A stretch of 41,636 nt of DNA. It comes from an archaeon (GTDB lineage Archaea > Nanobdellota > Nanobdellia > SCGC-AAA011-G17 > GCA-2687815). Position numbers and translations under genes: made by a program. Numbering within the stretch: the first letter of the stretch is position 1; the number at the start of each line of letters is the position of its first letter. The DNA lies in assembly GCA_002687815.1 (NCBI GenBank), contig NZBH01000008.1:1-41636 (forward strand). The letters run 5' to 3'. Positions 33,014 through 41,636 of this stretch are shown piece by piece. The notes below the pieces were generated by a model. It was not told the origin of the DNA. It made no database searches and saw nothing but the letters and a program-made list of their open reading frames with translations.

Positions 33014-33198
33014 TGTCTAAGTACTGAATCTTTTTTGATAAATTCCATTGCATGTTGAGCACAAAAGTGAAGAGTTTTATCATAACCAAAACTAATTCCC
33101 GCAGGTCTACCGCATTCTGGACACTTTTTACTTTTAGATTGTGAATCTTGTTTCCAGGGCCAAGTAGGCTCTATTGGATTAGTTCTTTTCTTTGCCAT
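33010..33198 (-). CDS. small zinc-ribbon protein
   Basis: 62 aa. CPECGRP...HFCAQH. SD AAAGGAGA. Confidence 0.6.
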   Translation of the reverse strand: MAKKRTNPIEPTWPWKQDSQSKSKKCPECGRPAGISFGYDKTLHFCAQHAMEFIKKDSVLRQ

Positions 33199-33209
33199 TA
33201 ATTCTCCTT

Positions 33210-34391
33210 TTATCCAATAACATTAAATGAAATAGTATAATTAATATCAGATACTGTGCCTATAGCATGCATAAATTCAACATAAGGAGTTTCATAATCC
33301 TCATCATTAGAATTAAATGATATGCTAACTTTTCCATTTAAATTATTTAAATTTCCAAGTTTTTTAAATAGTATTATAGATGATTGAAATACATCAGAAG
33401 AAACTAATTCTTCATTATAATTACTAGAGACAACGTCAATTTCCATTTTAGTTGAACTACTAACTTGATTTTCTGTTTTAATAACCATTTTATCAGATTC
33501 TGGAACAGAAAAATTAAAGATTCCATTTCTTGTAGAATTTTCTACATTACGAAGCACAGTATCCATTTCGGATACAGACCAATTAAGTCCATAAGTATCT
33601 AGTTCTTTATCTTTAATATCCTCTTCGTATTCCTCTAAAGTTATTGGAGGATCAGAATGAAGAACAACGGCTCTAGTACCTATTCCCTTTTCTTTTAATA
33701 TTAAAAAGTATTCATCAGTAGTTAATTCTAGGTTTATAATAGGACTTTCAAACTTTTTTATTTTCATAAGAGCACTTGCTCTTACAGTTATATCAATATC
33801 CTCTTCTAAATCATAATCAATAGAGAATTTTGCAAGAGAATCTCCTTGTGTAAACATAGAAAGAATATTATCTTTTGCGACAATTTGAACATAATCATAT
33901 ATATCAATTCTAGGATTTGAAAATTGACAAGTCATGTCTATCATAGAACTAAATACTTTAGAATCTATATCCCCAAGACTAGTTGTTTCTTTAAATGAGA
34001 TAACTTCATACGCATCTATAGGAACAGTTCTTACTACCCCAAGAAACTTAGCACCTATAGTAATATTTATAATATCTTCTTCAAGTTCTTCTAAATTAAA
34101 AGTAAATTGAGAAGTTTTTGAATTATTCTTTACATAAGTATTTAAAGAATTATAATCAAGAAGAAATTCTATATTTTCTGTAATAGTTGTAGATACTATA
34201 TCTATTAATATTTGAGCACATATTGTACTACTTTGAACTTGAGTTAATAATTTATTAGAATTAGGAAATAATTTTATATAAAGAAGACTAGGTTCTTGTT
34301 TAGCCGACGCCCTAGTACCAACAGCAGGTGCTATATAACTTAATGCTGTTTTTAATTCACTTCCCATTATATCAATCTTTATAGATGACAT
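33210..34391 (-). CDS. DNA sliding clamp, DnaN (beta)-like
   Basis: 393 aa, which is beta-clamp size. The N-terminus IKIDIMGSELKTALSYIAPAVGTRAS...LLYIKL resembles DnaN N-termini. Lies in the replication module next to SSB. Weak sequence-only call. Confidence 0.5.
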   Translation of the reverse strand: MSSIKIDIMGSELKTALSYIAPAVGTRASAKQEPSLLYIKLFPNSNKLLTQVQSSTICAQILIDIVSTTITENIEFLLDYNSLNTYVKNNSKTSQFTFNLEELEEDIINITIGAKFLGVVRTVPIDAYEVISFKETTSLGDIDSKVFSSMIDMTCQFSNPRIDIYDYVQIVAKDNILSMFTQGDSLAKFSIDYDLEEDIDITVRASALMKIKKFESPIINLELTTDEYFLILKEKGIGTRAVVLHSDPPITLEEYEEDIKDKELDTYGLNWSVSEMDTVLRNVENSTRNGIFNFSVPESDKMVIKTENQVSSSTKMEIDVVSSNYNEELVSSDVFQSSIILFKKLGNLNNLNGKVSISFNSNDEDYETPYVEFMHAIGTVSDINYTISFNVIG

Positions 34392-34671
34392 CTGATAACT
34401 CCTTTATGGTCTTTATTGTACTGTTTACACTTTTCTTTTCTTTTTGACTAATATCTAAATCTACTATACTTTCTGAAATTAAATCTAAATCTTTTATATT
34501 GATAAATTTATTATCTGATCTTTCATTTATTATATGTAATAATAATGGAATTACATATTTTTCAAAAGATTCTGTGTATTCACAACCTAATTCATTTGCA
34601 TAATAGGAACTAATATGATCTAAAGCAGCATTAAGAGTACTTAATATAAAATCAAAATTATTATTATTCAT
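34372..34671 (-). CDS. hypothetical protein
   Basis: 99 aa with an ATG, first gene after the SSB terminator. Overlaps the clamp-like gene by 20 nt. Confidence 0.6.
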   Translation of the reverse strand: MNNNNFDFILSTLNAALDHISSYYANELGCEYTESFEKYVIPLLLHIINERSDNKFINIKDLDLISESIVDLDISQKEKKSVNSTIKTIKELSDVIYKD

Positions 34672-34675
34672 AATT

Positions 34676-34713
34676 ATAAGAATAAATATGGGGAGGATTA
34701 CTCCTCCCCATAT
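34676..34713 (-). terminator. Rho-independent terminator after ssb
   Basis: - strand: ATATGGGGAGGA-GTAA-TCCTCCCCATAT (12-bp stem) followed by TTATTCTTAT, 10 nt after the ssb stop. Confidence 0.85.
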
Positions 34714-34723
34714 TTATAATATA

Positions 34724-35185
34724 CTAGAAGGGCAATTCTTCTTCAGCTACATCATCTGTTTCAGTTACTGCGGCTGCCATAGAAGCTTCTGACTGAACAG
34801 GGCTTGTATGAGCTGTAGTAGTTGTTTCAGAATGAGTATGATCTGAATTTGAATTTTCAAGAGATCCAGGAGAGAAAGTGGTCATATCATTTACCAAAAC
34901 ACTTAAGTTTTGATATGTAGTACCAGTTTTTTCATCCTTTCTTTCATTTACTTCTAAACGACCAACAATCGCAATAGAAGAGCCTTTTTTAAGACGTGAT
35001 AAGAAGTTTTCTTGAGGTTCATTTCGTACAAATCGAGAGAATCCAACAAAATTAACTCCTGTTTTGTCTTCAGCCTTTGGTTTATAGTAATTATCAGCAA
35101 CAGTGCCTCTAATTACCCAGCTTTCGCCAACTTGGGCTATAGTCACATCTTTTGTCAAACGACCAACTATACTGATGTTATTCAT
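34724..35185 (-). CDS. ssb: single-stranded DNA-binding protein
   Basis: MNNISIVGRLTKDV... OB-fold start and an acidic tip DDVAEEELPF at the C-terminus. The start is reset to ATG 35185, because the 52-aa track extension overlaps the upstream gene. Confidence 0.85.
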   Translation of the reverse strand: MNNISIVGRLTKDVTIAQVGESWVIRGTVADNYYKPKAEDKTGVNFVGFSRFVRNEPQENFLSRLKKGSSIAIVGRLEVNERKDEKTGTTYQNLSVLVNDMTTFSPGSLENSNSDHTHSETTTTAHTSPVQSEASMAAAVTETDDVAEEELPF

Positions 35186-35219
35186 CTGTAACGTTCCTTT
35201 CGTTATGGTGTTTATTGTA

Positions 35220-35531
35220 TTAGTGGCTAATAGGCCACTTATCTTCTGGACAGTCTGCATCTTTAATGTGAATCTTATATTGCATATAACATCCACAATG
35301 TATGCAGCGCTTCTTTTTTGTGAAGAATTCACATCCCTCACAAATTTTCATACGATCACGTGCTTGTTGCTTTGTGACTAAAATCTTTTTTCCTAAGAAG
35401 AATTTTCTAAAGATTAGAAATAAGTGTTTTGCAAAATCAATTCCCATGATTTTAAATGATGGGAAATCAGATTCATCACAAAACTCATCACAACCCTCTT
35501 CTGTGTCTATTATCTTAGGAAGTTCTTCCAC
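35220..35531 (-). CDS. Cys-rich (zinc-binding) small protein with hydrophobic segment
   Basis: CEGCEFF...RCIHCGCYM...DCPEDKW. The track start is a GTG, so the real start is uncertain. Confidence 0.55.
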   Translation of the reverse strand: MEELPKIIDTEEGCDEFCDESDFPSFKIMGIDFAKHLFLIFRKFFLGKKILVTKQQARDRMKICEGCEFFTKKKRCIHCGCYMQYKIHIKDADCPEDKWPISH

Positions 35532-35534
35532 TTA

Positions 35535-35819
35535 CTATCTAGTACTATAAGTACCCATTGTAACATGTGCTCTAATAGCTGCAATTTGTTGAGTAGTATA
35601 ATGTGGATATAGATTTACAAGTGTTTTTGTATCTGTACCGCCCATTATTGCTTCTATTATTGCTTGTTTTTCATAGCTATTATTAGGAGAAGACTGATTT
35701 TGTTTTTTATTAGAAATTACCTTATTAGTCGAATTACTAATAACCGTATCTATAAGATTTTCTAAAATATCATTTATACTTTTTTGAACTTCTTGTATGC
35801 TATTAACTATTTTGTTCAT
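35535..35819 (-). CDS. hypothetical protein
   Basis: 94 aa with an ATG. Overlaps the upstream glutaredoxin-like gene by 17 nt. Confidence 0.6.
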   Translation of the reverse strand: MNKIVNSIQEVQKSINDILENLIDTVISNSTNKVISNKKQNQSSPNNSYEKQAIIEAIMGGTDTKTLVNLYPHYTTQQIAAIRAHVTMGTYSTR

Positions 35820-36090
35820 TTTTATGTTCCTTTCTTAATGTAAGTAATAGTTTATTTAGAATTGCTTCTTTAAATCCAATTACATAATATCCCGCAACTT
35901 TAAGCTGAGGATATGTAGCCTTTTTTGTTACAGCAAGTAAGCTTTCTTTTGCAACTGAATCTGTATGGACATCTATTTCAGTCCATTCTAATTGATTTGC
36001 CTGTAACCATCGTTTTGCCTTAGAACACCACGGACAGTTTTTTATATTTGAAGATGTATATAGTATAACTTTAGGTTTATATATTTCCAT
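35803..36090 (-). CDS. glutaredoxin / NrdH-like redoxin
   Basis: VILYTSSNIKNCPWCSKAKRWL (CPxC) ... TYPQLKVAGYYVIGF. Confidence 0.8.
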   Translation of the reverse strand: MEIYKPKVILYTSSNIKNCPWCSKAKRWLQANQLEWTEIDVHTDSVAKESLLAVTKKATYPQLKVAGYYVIGFKEAILNKLLLTLRKEHKNEQNS

Positions 36091-37762
36091 GTGATATGTA
36101 TATTATTTGTTTTTTAGTTTTTTCCAAGAGTTCTATTAATAGACTCTCCTTATTTTCATCGAAGCTAGCTGCTACTTCATCAAGTATTATAGTATCAAAA
36201 GATCCTATTCTACTAATCTGTGCAATAGCCATTCTTATTGCTAAACTCGCAACATCTGATTCCGAACCACTTAAAATATCGTAATCATCTATATTATAGT
36301 TTTCATCTATGCTAAATTTACTAAACTTATTATCAGTTATGAAATGAAATAAATTAGATGCATTACTTTCAATGAGTGGCACAATATTTTTAGTAAATTC
36401 TTTTCTATATGCACTAATAAATTCTATAAATCTAGATAATTCAGAAAGTTTTTTAGATGATTCTTTTAATAAACTTTCATACGTATCATGTAAATCTTTA
36501 ATTTTTTCTGCTTCAGTTATATATATTTTTAAAGTATTTAATTTTTTCTTTGATTCATTTAATTTAGACTTTATAACTGAAATATCTACTGTTTTTCTTG
36601 GTTTTTCAATAGATTCTAATTCTATTAATCGATCTAGAAAAGGTTTAGCTTCTAAATCACTAATAACTTTATCTATATCTTTATACTTGCATTCATAAAG
36701 TAAATTAGATAATTTATATTTTCTAGAAGACAATTTAGCTTGTTCAACTAAATCTGTATATTTCTTATACTCTTTATTAGCGAAATCTCTTTTAGCAATA
36801 AGATCAGTAGCATCTGGTATATGTTGACCGCAAGTTGGGCATGTTTCAGTTACATTTAATAAATCTTCATATACTTTTCTATTTTCTATTACTTTTTCAG
36901 AAAAACTAATTATATCTTTTTGTTTATCTGTTGCAATAATCGTGCTATTCATAGTTTCTAATTCTAATTTAGCCTTAGTAGCAACATTAACTGCTTCTTT
37001 CATACCTAAAAGATCTGAAATAGAATCATCTATATCAGTATATATAATATTCTTAGTTTTTGATATTAATTCTTTTTTTATTTCCCATTTTTCTAATTGG
37101 GATTTATATTCAGCATTAGTATTTATAGCTTTTTCATACTCAGTTTCAAACTTTTCTATTTTACTATTTAATTTTTTTATTTCCTTTTTTGATTCAGCAA
37201 TAGCACTAGAAGAAACTGTCTTATTTGTAAGTTTAGATTTAAATACTTTATTTTCAGGAAATAGAACTTTTTCATTTTCCTTAGCTTTTGCTCGTATAGT
37301 ATCTAAAACATCTATTCTTAATAGCTTTTCTATTCTTTTAATCTTTTCAGCGGCCTGTAAGCCACTAAAAGACTCTATATCTTTTTGAGCGATATAGTTA
37401 GAAGTAGAATATAAATCAGCATTTAAACCATATTTTTTCATTATCCATTCATCTACTCCGACGTGTTGACGTGCAATAATCGTCTTCGTTGAATCAGTAA
37501 CATGTTGTTCGTTATCACCTCTAGTAATTATAAAATTATCTATAAATAATTTAACTTTTCCATGTTTACATCCTTTTCTAACCCAAGAATTAGCCTTACC
37601 TCTAGTAAGCTTATTACCAAATAAGGCAAATGATACAGCCTCTACAATAGAGGTTTTACCAGTTCCATTTGGAGCTGCTATAATATTTAATTCATTTGTA
37701 AAATCTTGTGAAAAAGATTTATAACATCTATAATTTTCTAGTTCTACTCTTGTTATAGACAT
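36077..37762 (-). CDS. sbcC: Rad50/SbcC-like recombination ATPase (T4 gp46-like)
   Basis: IIAAPNGTGKTSIVEAVSFALFG (Walker A), long coiled coil with hook CPTCGQ, LSGSESDVASLAIRMAI (signature), IILDEVAASFD (Walker B). Confidence 0.85.
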   Translation of the reverse strand: MSITRVELENYRCYKSFSQDFTNELNIIAAPNGTGKTSIVEAVSFALFGNKLTRGKANSWVRKGCKHGKVKLFIDNFIITRGDNEQHVTDSTKTIIARQHVGVDEWIMKKYGLNADLYSTSNYIAQKDIESFSGLQAAEKIKRIEKLLRIDVLDTIRAKAKENEKVLFPENKVFKSKLTNKTVSSSAIAESKKEIKKLNSKIEKFETEYEKAINTNAEYKSQLEKWEIKKELISKTKNIIYTDIDDSISDLLGMKEAVNVATKAKLELETMNSTIIATDKQKDIISFSEKVIENRKVYEDLLNVTETCPTCGQHIPDATDLIAKRDFANKEYKKYTDLVEQAKLSSRKYKLSNLLYECKYKDIDKVISDLEAKPFLDRLIELESIEKPRKTVDISVIKSKLNESKKKLNTLKIYITEAEKIKDLHDTYESLLKESSKKLSELSRFIEFISAYRKEFTKNIVPLIESNASNLFHFITDNKFSKFSIDENYNIDDYDILSGSESDVASLAIRMAIAQISRIGSFDTIILDEVAASFDENKESLLIELLEKTKKQIIYISHGNI

Positions 37763-37763
37763 T

Positions 37764-38639
37764 CTAAAAATATTCCTTTATGAATTTCTTAGTAAAGCCC
37801 TCTTTTAACGCCTGTTCTTTAAAATCTAATATAATATCTATATCAAGTTCCTTTTCTTCCATTCGTAAATCTGAAGAAGAAATATTCTTTACTGTTTTAA
37901 TATAAATAGGTTTGTCTTTTTGAGGTTCAATAGATGTTCTTGTTAGGATAACATCATTACTTTTTGTAGAACCTACATTATGTTTAATTTCTATTGCACC
38001 TTCAGTAGAAGTCCAATAGTACTTTTTTCCTAACTCTCCTATATTCATAGGCATTATTGATCCTAAATGTAAAAGATTATTTGAAAATCTAGAATTATGT
38101 TCATGACCAGATATAAGTAATATATCCTTATCTGCAGCTAATTTAATAATATTATTATGAACTACATTATCCATTTCATTATCCCAATTATTATAAGCAG
38201 CATGTAAAAATATAGTTGTAACATTTTTCGTATTTATAATACTAATTAATTTCTTTTCAAATATAGTTTGTGTATCACACCATCCTATTGCATAAAATCC
38301 TTTTACTACTTCTACAGCTGTATTTCTAGGTATAACTGAAACATAATCACTTAAATAATCCATAACTGATTTTTTATTAGTTTTTGGAATATCATGATTT
38401 CCACTTACTATAAAACAGTTATCATAATTATCAATGACTTTTAAAAATTTAAATACACTTTGATACGATGGAGTAGAATTATTAAATACATCTCCTAGAA
38501 AAACTACTATATCTGGTTTTTCAGTCTCTAAAATTGACTTTACAATAGTTAGAGGTTTTTTACTCCAAATATGAGGATTTCCATAGGTTACATTAAAAGT
38601 TTTATCTAAATGTAAATCAGGGATTGCAACAATGTTCAT
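37764..38639 (-). CDS. sbcD: Mre11/SbcD-like nuclease (T4 gp47-like)
   Basis: AIPDLHLD, VFLGDVFN, VSGNHD, FLHAAY and SGHEH phosphoesterase motifs. Its stop lies 1 nt before the Rad50-like start. Confidence 0.85.
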   Translation of the reverse strand: MNIVAIPDLHLDKTFNVTYGNPHIWSKKPLTIVKSILETEKPDIVVFLGDVFNNSTPSYQSVFKFLKVIDNYDNCFIVSGNHDIPKTNKKSVMDYLSDYVSVIPRNTAVEVVKGFYAIGWCDTQTIFEKKLISIINTKNVTTIFLHAAYNNWDNEMDNVVHNNIIKLAADKDILLISGHEHNSRFSNNLLHLGSIMPMNIGELGKKYYWTSTEGAIEIKHNVGSTKSNDVILTRTSIEPQKDKPIYIKTVKNISSSDLRMEEKELDIDIILDFKEQALKEGFTKKFIKEYF

Positions 38640-38657
38640 AATATCTCCAAATAAACA

Positions 38658-38731
38658 GGAGAAGGCTGATGCAGCTATTGATGAAGTAGGGCATCAAGGA
38701 TAGATAAATTCTAAACCTATAAGCCTTCTCC
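38658..38731 (-). promoter_or_regulatory. structured intergenic RNA element with mutually exclusive inner helices
   Basis: A 10-bp outer stem (38658-38667 with 38722-38731). Inside it, GCATCAA (38691-38697) can pair either with TGATGC (38667-38672) or with TTGATG (38678-38683). On the - strand it is followed by TGTTTATTT and the SD of the Mre11-like gene. Confidence 0.45.
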
Positions 38732-38750
38732 CATTGTGAGAGAGAAGCAA

Positions 38751-38936
38751 TTAAGTAATAGTATTTCTGCTATTAATTTTTAGTTCTAATTCTACAGCTT
38801 TTTGTTCTGCTAATTTAATTGCATCGTCAACAGTATCAGCATAAGCTTTTACTTTTGCAGACCACAATCCTTTAGCATTTATAGAAATTTCAACACTAGA
38901 TTGACTAGCGTGCATTTCTCTACTTGTTTCTGCCAT
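38751..38936 (-). CDS. hypothetical small protein
   Basis: 61 aa. SD AAAGGAGA and ATG. Confidence 0.6.
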   Translation of the reverse strand: MAETSREMHASQSSVEISINAKGLWSAKVKAYADTVDDAIKLAEQKAVELELKINSRNTIT

Positions 38937-38957
38937 TATTCTCCTTTATTAGATTAA

Positions 38958-39179
38958 TTATGCGGCTGTAGTTTCAGTAACTACAGTAACTTTTTCTGCT
39001 ATTGGACCTTTTGGACCGGTACCTACAGTAAATTCTACTGCTTGGCCTTCATTTAATGTTTTAAATCCGGTACTTTGTACTTCGCTGAAATGTACAAATA
39101 AATCTGTACCTTCATCTCTAGAAATAAATCCATATCCTTTTTTAGGATTGAACCATTTTACTGTTCCACGTTCTGACAT
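38958..39179 (-). CDS. cold-shock protein, CspA family
   Basis: [17 protein letters not shown] (RNP1) and DLFVHFSEV (RNP2). Confidence 0.9.
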   Translation of the reverse strand: MSERGTVKWFNPKKGYGFISRDEGTDLFVHFSEVQSTGFKTLNEGQAVEFTVGTGPKGPIAEKVTVVTETTAA

Positions 39180-39206
39180 TTTATTGTTTCCTTGTTTTAT
39201 TTTAAG

Positions 39207-39620
39207 CTAAACTGTTGCTGTACTTGATGAGTCAGCAGTAGTTTTATTCGGTTGTTCTTTAAAAACAGCTTTATTATCTACTAGATCATCAGGTGTTTTA
39301 CCTTCTGCTCCAGCTTTAGCGTTTTCCGCCATCTGTTTTTCGTGTTCATCTCGCATTTTCTTAGTAATCTCTTGAACTTCAGGTAGTTGATTAATTACAG
39401 TACCAACCATGTCAACTCTAGCACCTATAAGATCTACAGTTTGACCCATTCGCATAATAAGATTAAATAGAATATTATCTTTTTCGTCTGCTGTTCCTGT
39501 TTTAAAAGCATTTGTTAATCTATCTAAAGCTTCAGCTGGAGATAATTGTTTTTGTTCTTCAGGATTAGTTCCTCCAGAAGGAGGAGCAGGATCTTTCTTT
39601 TTATTCTTTTTCTTTGCCAT
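39207..39620 (-). CDS. hypothetical protein with basic N-terminus
   Basis: 137 aa. MAKKKNKKKDPAPP... No recognised domain. G+C-richer codon usage, like the neighbouring csp gene. Confidence 0.6.
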   Translation of the reverse strand: MAKKKNKKKDPAPPSGGTNPEEQKQLSPAEALDRLTNAFKTGTADEKDNILFNLIMRMGQTVDLIGARVDMVGTVINQLPEVQEITKKMRDEHEKQMAENAKAGAEGKTPDDLVDNKAVFKEQPNKTTADSSSTATV

Positions 39621-39646
39621 TTTTCTATTTCTCCACTTTGATTATT

Positions 39647-39678
39647 ATTATATAATTTACGAATAATTAAAGATGTAA
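39647..39678 (-). promoter_or_regulatory. candidate sigma-70-type promoter
   Basis: - strand: TTACAT, then about 18 nt, then TATATAAT, in the 66-nt AT-rich gap upstream of the 137-aa / csp block. Such hexamers are frequent in AT-rich DNA. Confidence 0.3.
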
Positions 39679-39686
39679 TACAACAT

Positions 39687-40085
39687 TTATTTATTCTTCT
39701 TCTTTTTCTTTTTATACTTAGCAGCTAATTCAAATAATCTTTCGTCAGCTGTTTTCTTAGTTTTCTTTTTCCTAGGTTTTATCTTAGTAGAGGGAAGAGT
39801 TCCTTTTAACTCTGATTGTTCTTTTCCCTTATGAAAGACATTACCGTTTTTATCAACAAATATCTTCATAAAATGCCATCCAGGAGGTCTACCAGACCTT
39901 TTTAATTTTGGATTAAGTTCTGGAATTAGCTCTGGATTAAGCTGTATTGAACGAATAGCTGTACACCTAGAACAAGTGATTGCTACTGTTTCAAAACTTA
40001 CCGTTTGATATTCATGACAATACTTACATTGTAAGTATCTTATTCCATCTTCAATAAATGACATATATTCTTTTTTCTTTGACAT
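39687..40085 (-). CDS. zinc-ribbon DNA-binding-like protein with AT-hook-like GRP motif and poly-Lys tail
   Basis: CKYCHE...CSRC, KRSGRPPGW, C-terminal KKKKKKNK. Confidence 0.6.
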   Translation of the reverse strand: MSKKKEYMSFIEDGIRYLQCKYCHEYQTVSFETVAITCSRCTAIRSIQLNPELIPELNPKLKRSGRPPGWHFMKIFVDKNGNVFHKGKEQSELKGTLPSTKIKPRKKKTKKTADERLFELAAKYKKKKKKNK

Positions 40086-40123
40086 AAACTAAAGATGATA
40101 TGTCATACAAAGCAAATATTTTC

Positions 40124-40339
40124 TTACTTAGATACTTTTCCTTTAATAAATTCTGTTTCGAAATTAGTATTTATATTTAATCTAAGCTGTTCTATACGCT
40201 TTTTAGTACAATTAATTATTTTTTCTGTTACAACTACCTTAAATTCAGTTTCATTGCCTATTCCTATTCTATTAAATTTAGCTAATTGTCCTTTATAAAA
40301 TCCAATTATATCATGATTTGATTTAACATTATTATCCAT
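40124..40339 (-). CDS. hypothetical small protein
   Basis: 71 aa with an ATG, in the same-strand chain. Confidence 0.55.
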   Translation of the reverse strand: MDNNVKSNHDIIGFYKGQLAKFNRIGIGNETEFKVVVTEKIINCTKKRIEQLRLNINTNFETEFIKGKVSK

Positions 40340-40358
40340 TTTATTCCTTTTTTATTAT

Positions 40359-41519
40359 TTATTCGTAATCTCTAATTGAAACGCCAACAGGAAATCTAGG
40401 AATACCATCATCAGTCAGTTCTTGATATCTAACTGTTAGAAGTTTTCCTAAATATTTATCCCCTGTATTAAATAATTGTTGACGTTCGTCTCTAGTTCCT
40501 TTTGGTCTTGCCCAAAATCTTTGAGAGCCGTCTTCTGTTTCACATTGCCATATTGCACATCCGGCTTCCACTCCTTCTCCTTCTTTATAGGCTATAATAG
40601 TATACTCAGAATCAAGAAATGATTTTAATTTCTGAAGATCTGCTGATCTATGTCCTAATTTATATTTTCCAATTACATTTCGAACTATGATACCTTCATA
40701 TCCTTGTTCTATGTAATCATTATGCTTTTCTCTTACATGTTCTTCATTTTTTCCAATCAAAGTTTCTATTAATTTAATAGAAGGTTTTTGATAATATTCA
40801 AACATATCTTTAAGAATTTTCCATCTTTCTTTAAATCCAATATCTAAATTATCGGTATCAAAGCAGTCAAATATTATAAGATATACTTGTTCTATAACAA
40901 AAGAATCATTTTTCTGTCTTCGTACTGTTCCTGCTAATTCTTGAAAAGTTAAAGTATCAGAGTAAAGTTCTCCATCAAGATAAAAATTACTACCTTTATT
41001 TTTAAGTAACTGTTCCAATTCATATTCAATGTGAGGCATTGTAGTAAAGGGTTTACCTTTTCTAGTAAACATAATTACTTGTTCTCCATTCCAATGACAA
41101 GTACAACGAATTCCATCGATCTTTGGCTGAACAGCTGAAGGCCATTGTATATTATGCTTTCTTTTTTCAAAAGGTAAAGCAAGCATTGGAAGTATAGGAG
41201 TACTTATAGTACTAGAATCTTCTTGATATCCCTTGTCTTTTTTCTTTTCTACTTTACTTTTTGCTTCAAGTATAGCTTGTTCTAAATAACTGGTTTCATT
41301 GGACTTACCAATGTTTTTACCTGTTTTTATAGCCTTTGTATTTACTTGCAATTGTCCATTAATGTAGCCATGGGTACATGTAATCAATGCATGAGTATTA
41401 TCATCTATTACATTTATTTCCCATTGCTTTATTTTTCCGGAAGAAGATTTAGCATAAAGTGTTTCCGAAGTATATTCCATGTTTGCTATCTTATTATACT
41501 CTTTTTCATAGTTTACCAT
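40359..41519 (-). CDS. lig: ATP-dependent DNA ligase with N-terminal WGR-like extension
   Basis: Motif I QPKIDGIRC, motif III FYLDGELY, motif IV YLIIFD, EGIIVR, LQKLK. The N-terminal GKIKQWEINV...GKNIGKSNETS is typical of phage ligases. Confidence 0.9.
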   Translation of the reverse strand: MVNYEKEYNKIANMEYTSETLYAKSSSGKIKQWEINVIDDNTHALITCTHGYINGQLQVNTKAIKTGKNIGKSNETSYLEQAILEAKSKVEKKKDKGYQEDSSTISTPILPMLALPFEKRKHNIQWPSAVQPKIDGIRCTCHWNGEQVIMFTRKGKPFTTMPHIEYELEQLLKNKGSNFYLDGELYSDTLTFQELAGTVRRQKNDSFVIEQVYLIIFDCFDTDNLDIGFKERWKILKDMFEYYQKPSIKLIETLIGKNEEHVREKHNDYIEQGYEGIIVRNVIGKYKLGHRSADLQKLKSFLDSEYTIIAYKEGEGVEAGCAIWQCETEDGSQRFWARPKGTRDERQQLFNTGDKYLGKLLTVRYQELTDDGIPRFPVGVSIRDYE

Positions 41520-41636
41520 TGTATACCCCTTTCTAAATTATCCATACAGGAATTACATTTATCGTATTCTGGACGGAGTTTAACCTTCTCATCACATATT
41601 GAACAGACCTTCCATATAGATTCGTTTTGAACCTTG
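41513..41636 (-). CDS. small zinc-ribbon protein, 5'-partial at window edge
   Basis: My translation: ...KVQNESIWKVCSICDEKVKLRPEYDKCNSCMDNLERGIQW*. CxxC...CxxC. Its stop overlaps the ligase ATG (ATGGTAA). Confidence 0.5.
   Translation of the reverse strand, partial: KVQNESIWKVCSICDEKVKLRPEYDKCNSCMDNLERGIQW

Noticed and set aside
35186-35341. The 52-aa N-terminal extension of the SSB ORF.
   Set aside because: It overlaps the upstream Cys-rich ORF. The canonical OB-fold start MNNISIVGRL begins at ATG 35185.
36096-37388. The + strand ORFs 36096-36284, 36372-36698 and 36942-37388.
   Set aside because: They are antisense to the motif-rich Rad50-like gene and give Ser/Phe/Ile-rich low-complexity translations.
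1-41636. Alternative genetic code (TGA or TAG reassignment).
   Set aside because: All large conserved genes (polA, nrdJ, helicases, primase, ligase) are uninterrupted under the standard code. TAA, TAG and TGA are all used as apparent stops.

Overview
AT-rich segment of a tailed dsDNA phage genome, with no host flank visible. Nt 1-7463 (+ strand) carry a tail-fibre / host-recognition and lysis module: two large Cys-motif fibre-like proteins (one with a peptidase S74 chaperone C-terminus), a membrane-protein pair with a peptidase M15 endolysin, and a Vsr/DUF559-like nuclease. Nt 7455-41636 (- strand) form one long, tightly packed replication, recombination, nucleotide-metabolism and host-takeover module. 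It encodes a UvrD-like helicase, Hsp20, a metallophosphoesterase, a DUF1599-like protein, a DnaX-like clamp loader, a RecD2-like helicase, class II RNR, a DnaQ-like exonuclease, DnaG-like primase, a sigma-70-family factor, a UDG-fused PolA, thioredoxin, two mini PD-(D/E)xK nucleases, a RecA-like recombinase, a beta-clamp-like protein, SSB, glutaredoxin, Rad50/Mre11-like proteins, CspA and an ATP-dependent DNA ligase. The main things the ORF track hides or misrepresents: (1) a full-length phage-encoded tmRNA (32348-32666, -) with an unusual tag, followed 3 nt later by a tRNA(CAT), both masked by a spurious N-terminal extension of the recA-like ORF; (2) a signal-peptide + LVIVD-repeat + LRR + T9SS C-terminal-sorting-domain protein inserted in the phage backbone; (3) a sigma factor whose conserved region 2 lies upstream of the first ATG/GTG/TTG, implying an AUU/AUA start; (4) a pair of covarying long hairpins with conserved flanks bracketing a two-gene thioredoxin cassette just upstream of polA. 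All functional calls rest on motif recognition by eye. No database search was run.
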